Shown here: positions 41,504 through 55,220 of the stretch, piece by piece
Numbering within the stretch: the first letter of the stretch is position 1
How the letters are laid out: each line of letters begins with the position of its first letter
DNA from: Octopus vulgaris
Taxonomy: Eukaryota
Direction of reading: 5' to 3'
Length of the DNA stretch: 64,000 bases
Assembly (NCBI GenBank): GCA_951406725.2
Contig: OX597828.1
Location: forward strand, 5,518,001-5,582,000
Notes under the pieces: model-generated
The model's input: only the letters and a program-made list of their open reading frames with translations
Told to the model about the DNA's origin: nothing
Databases searched by the model: none
Translations under genes and position numbers: made by a program

Positions 41504-42295
41504 TATAAATTAACAATTGAGGATAAAATCTTTAAAAGAAATTATCAGTAGTCAGCGTGAAAAACCTCGTAAGAGAAAAAATCCGTAAATTCTTCCTCTT
41601 TGAAAATATTCATTTATATTATACTGAGGGTACTACTATTCGTAGATACCCACACGCTAAGAGGGACCAATGCGGTCAAAACTACTAAAAATAAACAAAA
41701 TTTTACCGAATGCAAAACTTCAAAACACATCATTTTAAAAAAGAATTCAGTTACATGTCACATGTGATTTCGCATTTAATGCAGAATATGCATTTCATGT
41801 TCATCAGTGCAACAAACTCAAGAAATATAAGAGAAAAACATAACATTACAAGCTCGATAGCCAACCGTAGAATTCGTCGTAGCATGTACGAATGTTTATC
41901 TTTACATATCTATGAAAATGGCGGGCTTATTCGCAATGCATTTCGGTAACAAATTGTCTAGTCGGAATAAAAATTCAGTATTGAACTATTCCGGTGAAAA
42001 ATATAAATTAACAATTGAGGATAAAATCTTTAAAAGAAATTATCAGTAGTCAGCGTGAAAAACCTCGTAAGAGAAAAAATCCGTAAATTCTTCCTCTTTG
42101 AAAATATTCATTTATATTATATTAAGGGTACTACTATTCGTAGATACCAACACGCTAAGAGGGACCAATGCGGTCAAAACTACTAAAAATAAACAAAATT
42201 TTACCGAATGCAAAACTTCAAAACACATCATTTTAAAAAAGAATTCAGTTACATATCACATGTGATTTCGCATGGTAACATGTGATTTCGCGTGG

Positions 42296-42298
<3 letters not shown>
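41504..42298 (-). mobile_element. (TA)n-flanked element with direct repeats of about 272 bp (41504-41775, 42002-42273; period 498)
   Basis: Near-identical direct repeats starting TATAAATTAACAATTGAGGATAAAATC; contains a hammerhead; same family as 51835-52330. Confidence 0.9.
41750..41813 (-). ncRNA. Hammerhead ribozyme motif
   Basis: GTTGCA-CTGATGA-ACATGAAATGCA...TGCATTAAATGC-GAAAT-CACATGTG-ACA-TGTAAC; the second repeat has ATA at the cleavage triplet. Confidence 0.65.
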
Positions 42299-42363
<65 letters not shown>

Positions 42364-42514
42364 ATGTATATACAATATGATCACTGGTGATCTAAACGAG
42401 TAGGTACGCTGAGTAGGTGCTATAATTGGTCATCCGTTAGATTCCAAGTTAATCGCTGAGGCTGGAGCTAGGGATCCCTATTAGGATTCCGAGTTAGCAG
42501 ATATATATTATATT

Positions 42515-42890
42515 GTGGAAACGCAATGTGCCAGTGGTTAGGGCATTGGACTCGCGGTCGTAGGATCGCAGTTTCGATTCCAAGACCGTGAGTGTTTATT
42601 GAGCGAAAACACCTAAAGCTCCGCGATCTCCGGCTGGGGTGGGGGTGGGGAACCTTTCTCTACTCTTTCACCACCACTTTCTTCCACGTTTTCTTCCGGT
42701 TCCTCTTGTACCTGTATATTGAAAGGGACAGTCTTGTCACTCTCAGTGTCATGCTGAATCTCCCTGAGAACTACGTTAAGGGAACACGTTTCTATGGAGT
42801 GCTCGGCCACTTCACGTTAATTTCACGAGCAGGCTGCTCCGTTGCTCTGATCAACTGGAACCCACGTCGTCGGAACCGACGGAGTGCCAC
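42515..42890 (+). mobile_element. SINE family B
   Basis: tRNA-like head GTGGTTAGGGCATTGGACTCGCGGTC..GTTTCGATTC; body shared with 51135-51380. Confidence 0.8.
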
Positions 42891-42983
42891 GATAATATAT
42901 TAGAGGAAAAAGGACAAGAACCAACGCAGGACCGGTATCTCAAATCATTTAAAATAGCTGATTAATGTAAGGTGAATTTGTAA

Positions 42984-43045
42984 TCTTACAGCTGATTCTG
43001 GGATATTCCCGAATATCCGTACACCGGGTATTCCATCATCAGAGA
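42984..43045 (-). ncRNA. Hammerhead motif with one core substitution
   Basis: TCT-CTGATGA-TGGAATACCCG...CGGGAATATCCCA-GAATC-AGCT-GTA-AGA. Confidence 0.6.
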
Positions 43046-44477
43046 CAAGGTGAGTATATATGAAAGGTCTAGACAGGGAAATTCACACTCTATAACACAT
43101 AAAATACTGAATAAAATAATGAACAAAATAATAGGTAGACGAATAAGCAGTAAAGCAGTGCATAGAATGCAGACAGGAGAATAAAGTTCACAGTTTATCC
43201 TCTTCCTGGGAGTATGGTCCGTATTTCGTAAAAGTAAGGCCCTTAGGTATAGTCCCAGGTAAATCCAGGCAGTATTTTGGCAGTGTTTTGAATGTTGTGT
43301 ACATGTTGAAATAGAATTAACTTGTTAGATAGTATGAAAATGGTCCACTTGCGTATAAAGAGTGAGAAAGACAGGCATTATGATAGACAGACACGGGTTG
43401 CGAGTGACTGAATGGAGGAGAGAAGAAAAAGGAAAGAAAAGAAAGGAATGGGACAGGTGTGGGAAAGAATGAATGAGGGCGAAAGTAAAATATAATTTTT
43501 GAAAATTCTTCGTAATGGATAAAAGGATAAAAGTTCAGACGTTAAGGCTTTTTTTAACGTGGAGGAGGAAGGCATTTATGTCTGTTAATTGAATAGGTTA
43601 CGTATGATCAGAAGGATAATTTAGTTCAACGGTCAGTAGGGAGAGCTAAAAATAGAGGCTAGCAATTAAATGAATGAAGAATAAAATTTAAAGAAAACAA
43701 ATTGAAAATCTTGTAGATTTACAAATAAAAATTCAAAATTGAAAATTAAATAATTGAAGAGGTAAAAATGATTATTGCAGCTAGCTAACGTCTAAGAAAA
43801 TTGTTATAGAGAAGGCAAAAAAGTCCGTCCGGGTACTTATCGATGAGATTACGTACGTGTGTGTGTGTGTGTGTTTGTGCGTGTGTATGTATATACCAGA
43901 TATATACGTATGATTGTAGGTATAATGTATATGTTTGTGAGAGTATTACATTTAAGTAAGCATGTATGCGTGTATATATATATGTGAATATAAATATATA
44001 TATATGGAGAGAGAGAGAGAGAGAGATAGAGAGAGTGAGAGGGAGATAGATAGATGTAAAGGAGAGTAAGTGAAGATACGCAGGTAGATATACAGGTTTC
44101 TTTTGAGAGGTTAATAGACTCGTTTTCATTATCTCTGATGCATCTTTTGCAATTTATCTCCCCATATAGTCATTGAATCATTTACATTCCTTCATATATC
44201 CCTCTGTGCAACTACGTATTGAGGCAATGCATATATTGTGTGTTTTTAGAAGTAATTTCCGTTATTTTAAATACTGTCAGTGACACACACACACAAACAC
44301 ACACCCTCACACTGATGATATTAACACAAATAGACACACATGCGACGTACTTGTGTGCTGGTTCGCATAATATATATGCGTCTGTGTGTGTCTGCGTGCA
44401 TTATATGTATGTATGTATCTATCATACTATATCTCTATAATATATACATATTCATTTATTTATATACATATATATGC

Positions 44478-44517
<40 letters not shown>

Positions 44518-44525
44518 TTATATAC

Positions 44526-44558
<33 letters not shown>

Positions 44559-44621
44559 CATATATATATATATGTATATATACATATATATGTATATATA
44601 AACATATATGTATGTGTATCA

Positions 44622-44664
<43 letters not shown>

Positions 44665-44723
44665 TACGTATATATAAACATATATGTATGTGTATCAATA
44701 TATATATATATATGTATGTGTAT

Positions 44724-44762
<39 letters not shown>

Positions 44763-45837
44763 TACATATGCATATAGACATTTACATTTATATATACATA
44801 CTCATGTGTGTATGTGAATGAATGTGCTTATGGAAAGAAAGAATTAAAGAGAGACAGGCACAGAAATGCACATTTCTCATACATAATTGGAGAGTGAAAA
44901 ATATATACACATGCACATATGCACAAGTTCAATCTCACAAACAATCAATGTTGAATGCACATAAAAAGTAACAAGTGAAATATTCGAACAGAAATGTAAC
45001 TAAATAGCCATGCATTCGCATACACTTACACATGGTGGCGCTTGTATGCTTCTATATAAGCATGCAGGTAGGTACACGTACAAATATAAATGCTCTAGTA
45101 CATACGTACCATAGCAATAAGCAGTTCAGCGTAGGAATCACGTACGCTGATACGCTTTTGTGGTTAGACAATTTAATCAGAATACAAAGAGATCAAAGGG
45201 AAATCTATTGACCCAAAAGCGATACAATGATACAATTGATTGCATTTCTAAAAACGAATATGGAGAATTGTAGATGAAAAGAGCAAAAGACAAACAGAGA
45301 GGAGAATAAACTATTGTGTAGATTGGCATGAGGGAGAAATAAAGAAGAAAACAACGTCATAAATTGCAAGAGAATTCTGAAATCTGAAAAGAACGAGAAA
45401 GAAAAAATATAAACAGGGTTAGATATAATGAATATAAGAACGATCCACAATTCATATCCTGCCGCTGGGTTAAACAGAGAAAATATTGGAATAAATGATG
45501 TATATATATTTTTATGTATATCAAAACTAATCATAAGAGCAAAATATATTCATTGGAATATGAGTACAAAATCATTAAAATGTTCATACATAACGCTGAG
45601 CCATTCATTTATATACACTCAGACAGAAAAGCACACACATAAACCGTACATGCAAACATATACACATCAGTCTAGCTATTGTGTGTATTTGAGTGTGTAC
45701 GTATATTCAGAGGTGTTTACACTCATACACTGGCATGTATACATACATATGTACACGTGCATACACATGCATATATACACACATACACATGCACACACAC
45801 ATACACCCGCGCACACACACACGCACATACATACGCT

Positions 45838-46059
45838 ATTTTACTTGTTTCAGTTATTTGACTGCGGTCACGCTGGAGCACCGCCTTTAGTCGAGCAAAT
45901 CGACACCAGGATTTATTCTTTATAAGCCTAGTACTTATTCTATCAGTCTCTTTTGCCGAACCGCTTTACGAAGCTGGTGTGTTTATGGGGACGTAAACAC
46001 ACCAGCTCCGGTTGTCAAGAGATGTCGGGGGCACAAACACAGACACACAAACACACATG

Positions 46060-46101
<42 letters not shown>

Positions 46102-46148
46102 AACCATGTGATTGGTGAGCAAGCTACTTACCACACAGCCACTCCTGC

Positions 46149-46152
<4 letters not shown>
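45838..46152 (-). mobile_element. SINE family A with internal deletion
   Basis: Head at 46100-46152 and 3' half at 45838-46050. Confidence 0.8.
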
Positions 46153-46220
<68 letters not shown>

Positions 46221-46508
46221 ACATCAGTTTTGTATTTCGTTTGTAAGATTCTCGGTGTCAATTCGTGTGTTGAAGTAAACCTTTTGTGTCTTGGGAGGGT
46301 CATAAGAAAGACAGAAAACGATTCATTGATTTACCAACACATCCAACAAAGCATTAGGTTGTCAGATATTAGATATTTGACACATTGACTAACAATAAAG
46401 GAGTCATTTGACCCAATGCGTCTGTTTATTATTACTGGCGTTATGACGCTCCCAACACCCAATGCTATGTATATTTACTTATATTTATTTACTTGTACAC
46501 ACACTCAT

Positions 46509-46568
<60 letters not shown>

Positions 46569-46842
46569 TTGTACAAATACGTAGAGGCACTGAGAGAATG
46601 AGATATAGAGAGAGAGAGGATGGGAGAGGGATAAAGACAAGAATGTTGCTCATATGCATGAAACAAAATAAGCTCTGATGAAGGTCTCCCTTTCCTCGTG
46701 ATGATGACAAAACTGCAATGAATGGCGTATAGATAGATCTCACATATTGCCAGAATAAAAACTTCAGGCATCACGTCTGACCGCCAATATTTCCATTAAT
46801 TCATGAGGCTGGACTACTCCTTTGTACTAACTATTTGTTATA

Positions 46843-47153
46843 TGACCCCCTTCGGTCATGAATGACCATGGGATTGCACCTAGAAAGTTACCATCCGAAG
46901 TACAAGTCCGGCAGTCGCCTATGCATACCGGCCTTCCCCCTCCACGCCACCAGTGTTATTCAAGGGAAAGGCAAAGGCCGATACAGCTTGGTACCAGTGA
47001 TGGGTACTGCAACTCATTTCTACAGCTGAGTGAACTGGAGCAACGTGAAATAAAGTGTCTTGCTCAAGAACACAACAGGCAGCCCGGTCCGGGAATCGAA
47101 CGGACTACTTCACGATCGTAAGCTCGACGTTCTAACCACTGAGCCATGCACCT
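46843..47153 (-). mobile_element. tRNA-derived SINE (family B-related head)
   Basis: Minus strand GGTGCATGGCTCAGTGGTTAGAACG...GTTCGATTCCCGGAC; 3' part shared with 50955-51120. Confidence 0.8.
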
Positions 47154-47162
47154 TCGTATATG

Positions 47163-47337
<175 letters not shown>

Positions 47338-47502
47338 AAATTCAAAGTGCGATAAATAAAATTAATTATTTTCGCTGGTGTTTCTAGCACCGGCCATATA
47401 TTATTCATATATAAGTAGATTAAAGCCGAAGTATGTACTAGAAACACAGAAGCTTGATAAATTTAGTGAAATGAAGATAAAAACTTTTACTAACTCTGTT
47501 CA

Positions 47503-47584
47503 TCTTAGACTGCAGTTTCGCCTTGTTCAGCAAAAAAATATATTAATTTAATATTTATTTACTCAGGTAGGCTCTTCGGTAAGA
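47503..47584 (-). ncRNA. Hammerhead motif, CCGAAGA variant
   Basis: TCTTA-CCGAAGA-GCCT...AGGC-GAAAC-TGCA-GTC-TAAGA; all three stems pair. Confidence 0.7.
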
Positions 47585-47679
47585 ATCCTGTTATTATGAA
47601 GGGCAACTCGATAGACACATGTGCGTCTAATAATTTGCTCTTTCTAACTAATCAGATCACAAGTTTGGACAGAATTATC

Positions 47680-48389
47680 ATTTTTATAAGATCATAAGAC
47701 GGATCATATCTGAAAGTTGATCCTGGTGTTTTGAAGAACGAACTTGTAAGTGGTCTATATCTGAGAGCTGGCAGAAACGTTAGCGCGCCGGACGAAATGC
47801 TTAGCGGTATTTCGTCTGCCGTTGCGTTCTGAGTTCAAATTCCGCCGAGGTCAACTTTGCCTTTCATCCTTTCGTGGTCGATAAATCAAGTACCAGTTAC
47901 GCACTGGGGTCGATGTAATCGACTTAATACCTTTGTCTGTCCTTGTTTGTCCCCTCTATGTTTAGCCCCTTGTGGGTAATAAAGAAATATATTGGACTTC
48001 TGTGTTATCTGGTGTGCTAACCGTTATTTTATTGATTCAGCACTAGGTGCTGCAGCAGGTTTTTACTCATCTTGCGAAAGTGCCATCTACCTTTTCTCTT
48101 GAGACTCCACCTGACGTGCTGCGGCATTGACTTGCTGATCTTGAGAAAGTCTCACCCCACTTCTGTCTTGAGACTCAATTTGATGTGCTTCAACGTGCCT
48201 TTACTGATCTTGAGAAAGTGACATAATCCTTCTTTCATGGGACTCCATCACATGTACTGCAGCACGCTCTTGCTGATGTTTAGAAAGTCTCATGTCCCTT
48301 ATCTCTTAAGTCTCTCGCCTTCAGTTTTCTGCACTCATCCTTGCTTTATAGAAGTTTTGGGGGGGATTATGGTTTTTCTTTGGTGACAT
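47680..48389 (-). pseudogene. Helitron Rep/helicase N-terminal remnant with 23-aa STPR-like repeats
   Basis: ATG at 48389 gives MSPKK...ET*EIRDMRLSKHQQERAAVHVMESHERRIMSLSQDQ*RHVEAHQIESQDRSGVRLSQDQQVNAAARQVESQEKR. The DNA has a 69-bp period (48047, 48116, 48185, 48254). FRYDPSYD lies downstream of the inserted SINE. Confidence 0.7.
47762..47988 (+). mobile_element. SINE family C
   Basis: Nearly identical to 31493-31716. Confidence 0.85.
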
Positions 48390-49924
48390 ATCTTTTTCTA
48401 TATTTTAAACAAAAAATTACGAACATAGAAAAAAATAAACATTAATCGCTATTTTAGTACCCAGTATGTAGTATGTCTATATTTTTGTATGCAGTGTAAA
48501 TTAACAAAATATAAGTAAATTGCAGATACCTTGCAACCTTGCAACTGCTGCGATAATTATGAACTGTTAATTGAACGGTAGATGTGTATTTTTATATGAG
48601 TTGGGCCTTCCATTTTTGTCAAGAGTTTCACCTCCAGCCGTTCTCGTTACATATGTATATGTATGCGTAGGTGTAATAACGTACATTACGGTCATACAAA
48701 CACACACACACACTCAGAGACACATACATATTCATATACAAAATGTGAAGATACGCACACATAACTATCGCATATAGTCACATACATATAGTAAGAGAAT
48801 CACATACAGACATACATTCACACATGTCAGTCGTTACATGTGTATATGTATGTGTAGATGTGTGTGTGTATGTTTAATAACGTACACAACGCGGAACCAC
48901 ACACAGAGCCGAAGAGCCATATACACTCATACACGCGCATGCATACACGTGCACACATACGCGCGCACACATACACGCGCACACATAGACACGCACACAT
49001 AAACGCGCACACATACACGTGCACACATACACGCGCACACATAAACGCGCACAAATACACTCAGAGACACATACACCTATATATGTGGTTTCGTCATTAT
49101 CGTGGTATAAAATTTCTTTTGCTCTCTCGTATGTATCGAACGCGCAAACGCACAGGCAAAAGTGAATGAATAAAATTGACAGAATAAAAGTAAAACAGTA
49201 TTATCTCACACAAGGACAGAAAAAAATTCCATTTCAGTGTTTAGAGCTTAAGAAGAAAATAGCCCGGGTGAAAAAACTTGAGCTACACATGAACGCTCAG
49301 TGGCGTGGCTGAATTCTCATTGGTTAGTAATGAAGGCTTATCGTCTGTATCACAACGGTTTTCGATAGAGGGAGAAATGTAAATGACGTATTTAAATAGA
49401 CGAAGCGCAAAAAACAATTAAATACGTAAAGTCTGTACAAAAATCGTGAAGACAAAAGATATTTACACACGCCAAAATTGAAATGCACTGGAGTCAAATC
49501 TTCAGTGAGAGAAAGAGAGAGAGAGGGAGAGAGAGAGAAAGAGAGAGAGAGAATGAAAGAAACAAGCATAGACATAACGAGAGGAAGTATTGCAGTGAGA
49601 AAAAGACATAAATAAGCAGAGAGGGAGAGAGAGAGAGAGAGAGAATCGCTTAAAAACTGCAGAAGTCAAAGGGAGAGAATCGGTTGAAAACTGCAGTTTT
49701 TAGAGAAAAACCCATGTGAAACACCTTTTTTTCTTGTCGGCTTCTTGCATTATGCAGAAGCTCGGGGCAAAATGTTATAGTGCATGACCATCTTGGCACA
49801 TAACTAATGTGTGTGTAAAGTTTGGTGAAAATCGGTTGAGAACCGTAGAAATGCATACGTACTAAGCATACAAGGCTCAGACATAGACACACACGCACAC
49901 ACACACACACACTGACAACGTATG

Positions 49925-49968
<44 letters not shown>

Positions 49969-50954
49969 GATGACAATTTTGCTGCACTTTCACAGGAAAT
50001 CACGGCCTAAACAACCAGGACAATGAAACAGTTTTATCAAACGCATATATCAAGACCAGCAGTCTACATACCTAGACTAATATTTTGTTTTATCGAAAGC
50101 AGATGTCGAAACACAAAGATGACTTTTGTATGGTACTTCCTTGACGATAAGCTCTCCAGAGCTTATCAACTTGTTTGTGTCCTTTTCATGCCTCATAACT
50201 TTCTATGCTTCATCCAAAATCTAATTCCTACTGTTTTTATTTTCTTCTTCCCAGAACGCCTTTGGCTACATTCTGGTATAATTCCAGTGCAATCTTCCGC
50301 GTACCATTGATATCTATAATTTCATCTATTGCTTCAAACAGTACAAATTTATTCGGATATTCAATTACCAATTCCTCTTTAATTCATCTTCAAATAAATT
50401 TATGCTAACTGAGCAAGCACATAAAAGGAAAGCTCTTAAATGTGTACTTATTAGAAGAGTCAGATAAGTTGACATGATTGAAAACTAACTTTAGAATGTT
50501 ACTGAATTGCCACATATAAGAAGAGCCATACATGTTTAAATGACTTTAAGTTCGAATATAGTGTCTATACTTGATAGAAGAGATAGAAGCCTTACAAATT
50601 GAATTAAATGAATGATTCAAATTATGCAAACTATATAATGAGAATGCTTTCAAATGCATGGATATTGCCATGATTAATGATTAATATGAAAATTAAGATT
50701 TATATAACACTAGATTAAAGTGTTTTAATATACAGATGATAGCCATGACCTGCAATAGGTAATCGCGTCAGAGTATTTGAAAATAATACACTGGAAGCAT
50801 ATAAGGGGATCAAATGTTTGGAATTTAATAGAAATGAAAGGGTACGGGACAAGGAAATTACCACATGTACAGGATGAACCAACAAAGTAAAATGTTTTAA
50901 ATTATTTTGGTTATTGTATGATGAGAGGTGTAAACATAGTTACCAATATGTGTG

Positions 50955-51380
50955 TGACCCCCTTCGGTCATTATTGAACATGGGATTGCACCTAGATAGT
51001 TACCTTCCGAGGTACAAGTCTGGGAACGGTTGTTTATGGAAGACCAGCAGTCGCCCATGCATACCAGCCTCCCCTCTCCACGCCACCAATGTTATCCAAG
51101 GTCGATATAGCTTGGCACCAGTCACATCGCAGATCATTTATTAATGTGCAAGTGGCTGAGCACTCCACAGGCACGTGTATCCTTTACGTAGTTCTCGGGG
51201 AGATTCAGCATGACACAGGGTGCGACAAGGCTGGTCCTTTGGAATACAGGTGCAACGAAACAGGAGAAAAGGGTGAGCGAAAGTTGTGGGGAAAGGGTAC
51301 AGCAAGGTTCACCCACCCCACTGCCGGAGCCTAGTGGAGCTTTTATGTGTTGTTGCTCAATAAACACCCACTGTGCCCCG
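50955..51380 (-). mobile_element. SINE family B, chimeric or 5'-truncated
   Basis: 51135-51380 matches the 42590-42825 body; 50955-51120 matches 46843-47000. Confidence 0.75.
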
Positions 51381-51474
51381 TCTATTGAATAATTGTCACA
51401 TTATTTTACAGATATTTACATATATTGAGGTCTCTTTCTTTTAGTTTGTTATTTTACCGTTTTTACCAATATAC

Positions 51475-51515
<41 letters not shown>

Positions 51516-51517
51516 TA

Positions 51518-51605
<88 letters not shown>

Positions 51606-51834
51606 CATATATATGGGTGTGTGCGTGTATATGGGTCCGGCAGGGTGTGGTGGTGAACCTTGCCGTACTGTTTCACCACAACTTTATAATTGTATAAGTT
51701 TTTACCGAAATTGATCCTTTTCCATACCGAAATACTACTAGGTGAAATTTGTTGATTTTATTAAATTATCTTTCACCCTTCATATATGTATATATATATA
51801 TATATGTGTGTGTATGTGTGTGTGTACAATTTAG

Positions 51835-52330
51835 AAATAGGATAAAATCTTTATGAGAAATTACTAAGTAGTTACCGTGAAAAACCTCATAAGGGAAAGA
51901 TTTATTAATTATTCCGTTTAAATATATTTGTATATATTAAGGTCATTACTATACATAAAATCCTTACACTAGGAGGGACTCTTAAAATCAAAACTACCAT
52001 AATAAACATTTTGTAGCGAACTCGAGGGAATGCAACTCTTGAAGCGAACCTTTTAAACATAGAATTAGATGCAAATTATATGATTTCATAATTAATGCAC
52101 AAAATGCCCTTTTTAATCGTCAGTACATTTTGTTCATTTTTATGTCTTCATTATGCATCCACTGACGATTTAAAATGCCTCTTGTGCACTAATTATAAAA
52201 TCATATGATTTGCAGTTGAATCTGTTTTTAAAAGGCTCGCTTCGAGAATTGCATTTCCTCGCGTTCAGCAAAAAATGTGTTTATTATGATAGATTTGACT
52301 TTCAGAATCCCTCCTAGCGTGAGACATGTA
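51835..52330. mobile_element. Older fold-back copy of the 41504 family, with a hammerhead in the left arm (52069-52128, minus)
   Basis: Arms 51967-52124 and 52161-52321 (diverged). ATGTA-CTGACGA...GAAAT-CATATA-ATT-TGCAT. Confidence 0.75.
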
Positions 52331-52534
52331 TTGTTATGCCATTAATATATATATATATAGTACAAAGTAAAGTAGGGGTTATGATGGTAACCCACTATGG
52401 GATATCAGTTATCCTATATACTGCTGGTAAAGTACCCAAATACTAAATACATAAATGCTTATAATTCCAATGCAATTAATTCATTTACTGTACTGAATAG
52501 GTGAAGGTAAAAAATATTTTACCGTAAATTCATA

Positions 52535-53090
52535 ATACAAATAAGAAAATAGAGGAACAAATTCATTTCGATCTTCAACTTACCGATATTACAATTTCAT
52601 ATTATTTATCAATTATACAAATAGGAACATGAAAATCGAACAAAACAATATACATCACTATGCAAATTAATAATAAAATTAAAATAATACAAATAAACTG
52701 CTCCTTACAGCTGTTTCAGCCTATGGTCAAGAGGCAATCCAACTTAAATTGCCCATATATGCCATTATAGTATAGTCTTAGGCATTAAAGATTATATTTG
52801 TCTGTTTAAATAACCAAAGGCCTCGTCAGAGGATATACATAACCACAAATTTATAATAATAATATAATTATATAATGATATAATTATATAATAATATAAT
52901 ATAATAATAATATTGATATATAAAATACATGCTTCCCTTACTATCCAATACTATCCATGCTTCCCATACTATCCAATACGATCCATACTATCCGTGTTCC
53001 TATTTGTATAATTAATAAATAATATGAAATTGTAATATCCGTAAGTTGATGATCGAAATGAATTTGTTCCTCCATTTTCTTATTTGTATA
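52535..53090. repeat. Inverted repeat (52535-52630 vs 52995-53090) bracketing the hammerhead
   Basis: TACAAATAAGAAAATAGAGGAACAAATTCATTTCGATC.. vs ..GATCGAAATGAATTTGTTCCTCCATTTTCTTATTTGTA. Confidence 0.85.
52702..52833 (-). ncRNA. Canonical hammerhead ribozyme motif with long stem II insertion
   Basis: TCCT-CTGACGA-GGCCTTTGGTTA...TGACCATAGGCT-GAAAC-AGCT-GTA-AGGA. Confidence 0.8.
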
Positions 53091-53715
53091 TATATATATA
53101 TATATACACTTCAATGAAGGAAATCGACCTACGGAATTCCATCTTATTCATCCAAGCAGCAAAACAAGCCTCCCAGCAATCATAGTATAATCAATAACAT
53201 TGAAAATTTCTACCAACGAAATTACAGTGAACCGTGTGGAGAGAAACAGTGACACAGGTTGGAACAAAACATACAGCAGAATCACTACAGGTGAGTCACT
53301 AACTGTCTACAACGACGAGGAAGAATCACTGGTTAAAACAGAAGCAATAATCTTCCACCTAATGGTAGGTGGTGACTTTTGCGACCACATACAAAAATTT
53401 CCAAAATACTTTCCATAAGCGAAAATTTAATCCAAACCTCAATAATTTAGAACAGAAAAAATTAATTGAACTGCAAAACAATAAAGAACCAACGCTCAAA
53501 GAAGCAGACAAGGAGGTGCTGTAGTCCTGATGGACTGAGAATACAAGAACCTAGTACTATCCATGCTAGAAAAAAAAATAAGCATTCTACGAAAAAGTTG
53601 TAAACTATAAACAACAGAGAGCAATAAAAAATCTTGCATCCTAAATTCATGTACACAAAAAGTCGATATCACGAACTCTAAATGTGAACCAAATCTTCTC
53701 TACAGTGTTCTCTAA

Positions 53716-54150
53716 ATCATCATCATTGTTCGACCATGGTCGAGACAATGGAATTTACTATGTTACACCAGTCTTCACGGTTCATCATAGCATTACGGAG
53801 GTCCTGTTGCTGGATGTCTGTATCCCTGGAGATTACATCAGAGTAGGGGAGTGTGCGCCCTCTGGTATCGCGAGCAGATGGCTTCCAGGGGAGAAGAGTA
53901 GAGATTACCTCGTTTTCAGCTCTACAACAATGTCTAGCAAACTGGACTCTTCTACCTTTCACAATATATGATGCAGGTGGTAATTTTCCATATATTTGTA
54001 TTTTGGTTGGATGACGCTTCCACGAGAGATTTTGAGCTCTGATAAGGAGGCAAGTGTAAGTTCCATCCAACCGCCTCTCAATGTTCGTTGATAACGTCCA
54101 GATTTCTGAGCCATATAGTAGAATTGGTTCGACTGTGGCTTTGAAGATTT
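53716..54150 (-). mobile_element. 5'-truncated RTE-like LINE, C-terminal RT region with (TGA)n tail
   Basis: ATVEPILLYGSEIWTL...RLDGTYT.LL....NLSW..H..K..IYG.LPP....RR.QFA.HC.R...AM.NREDW; ends in TGATGATGA. Confidence 0.85.
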
Positions 54151-54154
54151 TAAG

Positions 54155-54538
54155 ATTTTAAGGTTATAAGTTTGAAATATGCAAGTGCAAGATAATTAAT
54201 GAAGCCTACAAGCAATCACCAGGCGAATACAGGGATATCCTAGCAATCACCAGGCGAATACTGGGATATCCTAGAAGATTTAAATTTAAGACCCATTATA
54301 GTTGTAACTTGTGATGTTGTTGGTAAACCATGATTTTGTCTATCTCCTTATCTTCTTGGAGATTTGGGGTAAAATTATACTAATGTATCCTCCTAATTTA
54401 ATTAAATTCTATATCTTTGTGAAGCTGAAGATGTCTACATCTTAAATTGATGTAATCAAATGATGGCATTTTTCAATTAAACGGAGTCGCATGAGACGAT
54501 CGTACTGCATTACTTCCGGATATCCTTGTTACTTATTT

Positions 54539-54541
<3 letters not shown>
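54155..54541 (+). pseudogene. Penelope endonuclease C-terminal remnant plus degenerate hammerhead (54423-54506)
   Basis: KCKIINEAY...SCNL* resembles Penelope WKII..A.PY...CNLC. Then AG-CTGAAGA...GAGAC-GATC-GTA-CT, followed by (TA)n. 32-bp tandem duplication at 54210-54274. Confidence 0.55.
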
Positions 54542-54591
<50 letters not shown>

Positions 54592-54686
54592 TATATATAT
54601 GTATATGTATATATACATACATATATTTGTATCTATCTATCTACAGACACACACATACACACACACCACACACATACACACACACA

Positions 54687-54991
<305 letters not shown>

Positions 54992-55076
54992 TCGTTTCAG
55001 CACACGATCTCAGATCAAATCACTTGCTATGCGAGTACATCTCAGTAATATATATATATATATACATATATATTTA

Positions 55077-55176
55077 CAGGCGTGGTTGTATAGCAAGCGT
55101 CTTGCTACCCAATCGCATGATTTCAAGTTCAGTTCCAATGCATGGCAACTTTTGCAAGTGTCTTCTCATAGCCTCT
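55077..55176 (+). mobile_element. SINE family A head, degraded
   Basis: CAGGCGTGGTTGT...GTTCAGTTCCA...GCAAGTGTCTTC..ATAGCCTC. Confidence 0.65.
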
Positions 55177-55220
55177 GACCTTTTTCTACACGCACACACA
55201 CACGCACACACACATATATA

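Noticed and set aside
46672-46720. CTCTGATGAAGG as a hammerhead core
   Set aside because: No downstream GAAA-stem III-NUH with a matching stem I was found; the same applies to CTGATGA at about 38676-38682 (minus) and CCGATGA at about 63394.
48047-48330. Regularly spaced repeats as a possible CRISPR array
   Set aside because: Whole 69-bp units are homologous with no unique spacers, the period is codon-sized, the context is eukaryotic and there are no cas genes.
49290-49340. Possible CCAAT-box promoter (ATTGG in CpG-richer context; also near 9584)
   Set aside because: Short motifs occur by chance, and no downstream exon could be supported.
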